Of a DNA stretch of 64,000 nt, positions 63,895-64,000 are shown in pieces (the stretch's first letter is position 1; each line of letters begins with the position of its first letter). The stretch comes from Felis catus (taxonomy: Eukaryota): assembly GCF_018350175.1 (NCBI RefSeq), contig NC_058383.1:2480001-2544000 (forward strand). Direction: 5' to 3'. The position numbers and the translations under genes are program-made. The notes beneath the pieces are model-generated. The model did not search any database. It was given only the letters and a program-made list of their open reading frames with translations, and was not told the origin of the DNA.

Positions 63895-64000
63895 GGGGCG
63901 CCTGGGTGGCCCAGTCGGTTGGGCGTCCGACTTCAGCTCAGATCACGATCGCGCGGTCCGTGAGTTCCAGCCCCGCGTCGGACTCTGGGCTGATGACGGC
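63895..64000 (+). mobile_element. Felid SINE, cut off by the window edge
   Basis: ggggcgcctgggtggcccagtcggttgggcgtccgacttcagctca. Confidence 0.93.

Noticed and set aside
18565..64000. CARD11 exon 1/promoter, a nested gene, or prokaryote-type systems such as CRISPR
   Set aside because: No promoter-grade island with a convincing first-exon donor, no recognisable coding exon and no repeat-spacer array. Small non-coding exons cannot be excluded by eye.

Overview
Felid (cat-like) genomic DNA, judged from about 21 Can-SINE/SINEC_Fc-type insertions. It carries the 5' part of CARD11 (CARMA1) on the minus strand. Six exons with GT-AG boundaries were resolved: exon 2 at 18431-18564 (ATG at 18437-18435), exon 3 at 7255-7467, exon 4 at 5465-5602, exon 5 at 4104-4429, exon 6 at 1040-1219 and exon 7 at 4-156. 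Together they give 339 uninterrupted codons covering the CARD, LATCH and N-terminal coiled coil. Exon numbers follow the human gene from memory. Bases 18565-64000 appear to be part of the long intron 1; exon 1 was not found. The rest is SINEs, decayed L1/L2/CR1, MIR, MaLR/MER21 LTRs, hAT remnants and microsatellites. Most other entries in the ORF track are not genes. The most notable observation is that the start codon and the exon 2 donor appear to come from an antisense MIR/L2 tail through two transitions, while Met8 of human and mouse is ACG (Thr) here. Repeat family names and cross-species comparisons come from recalled consensus sequences, not from a search.
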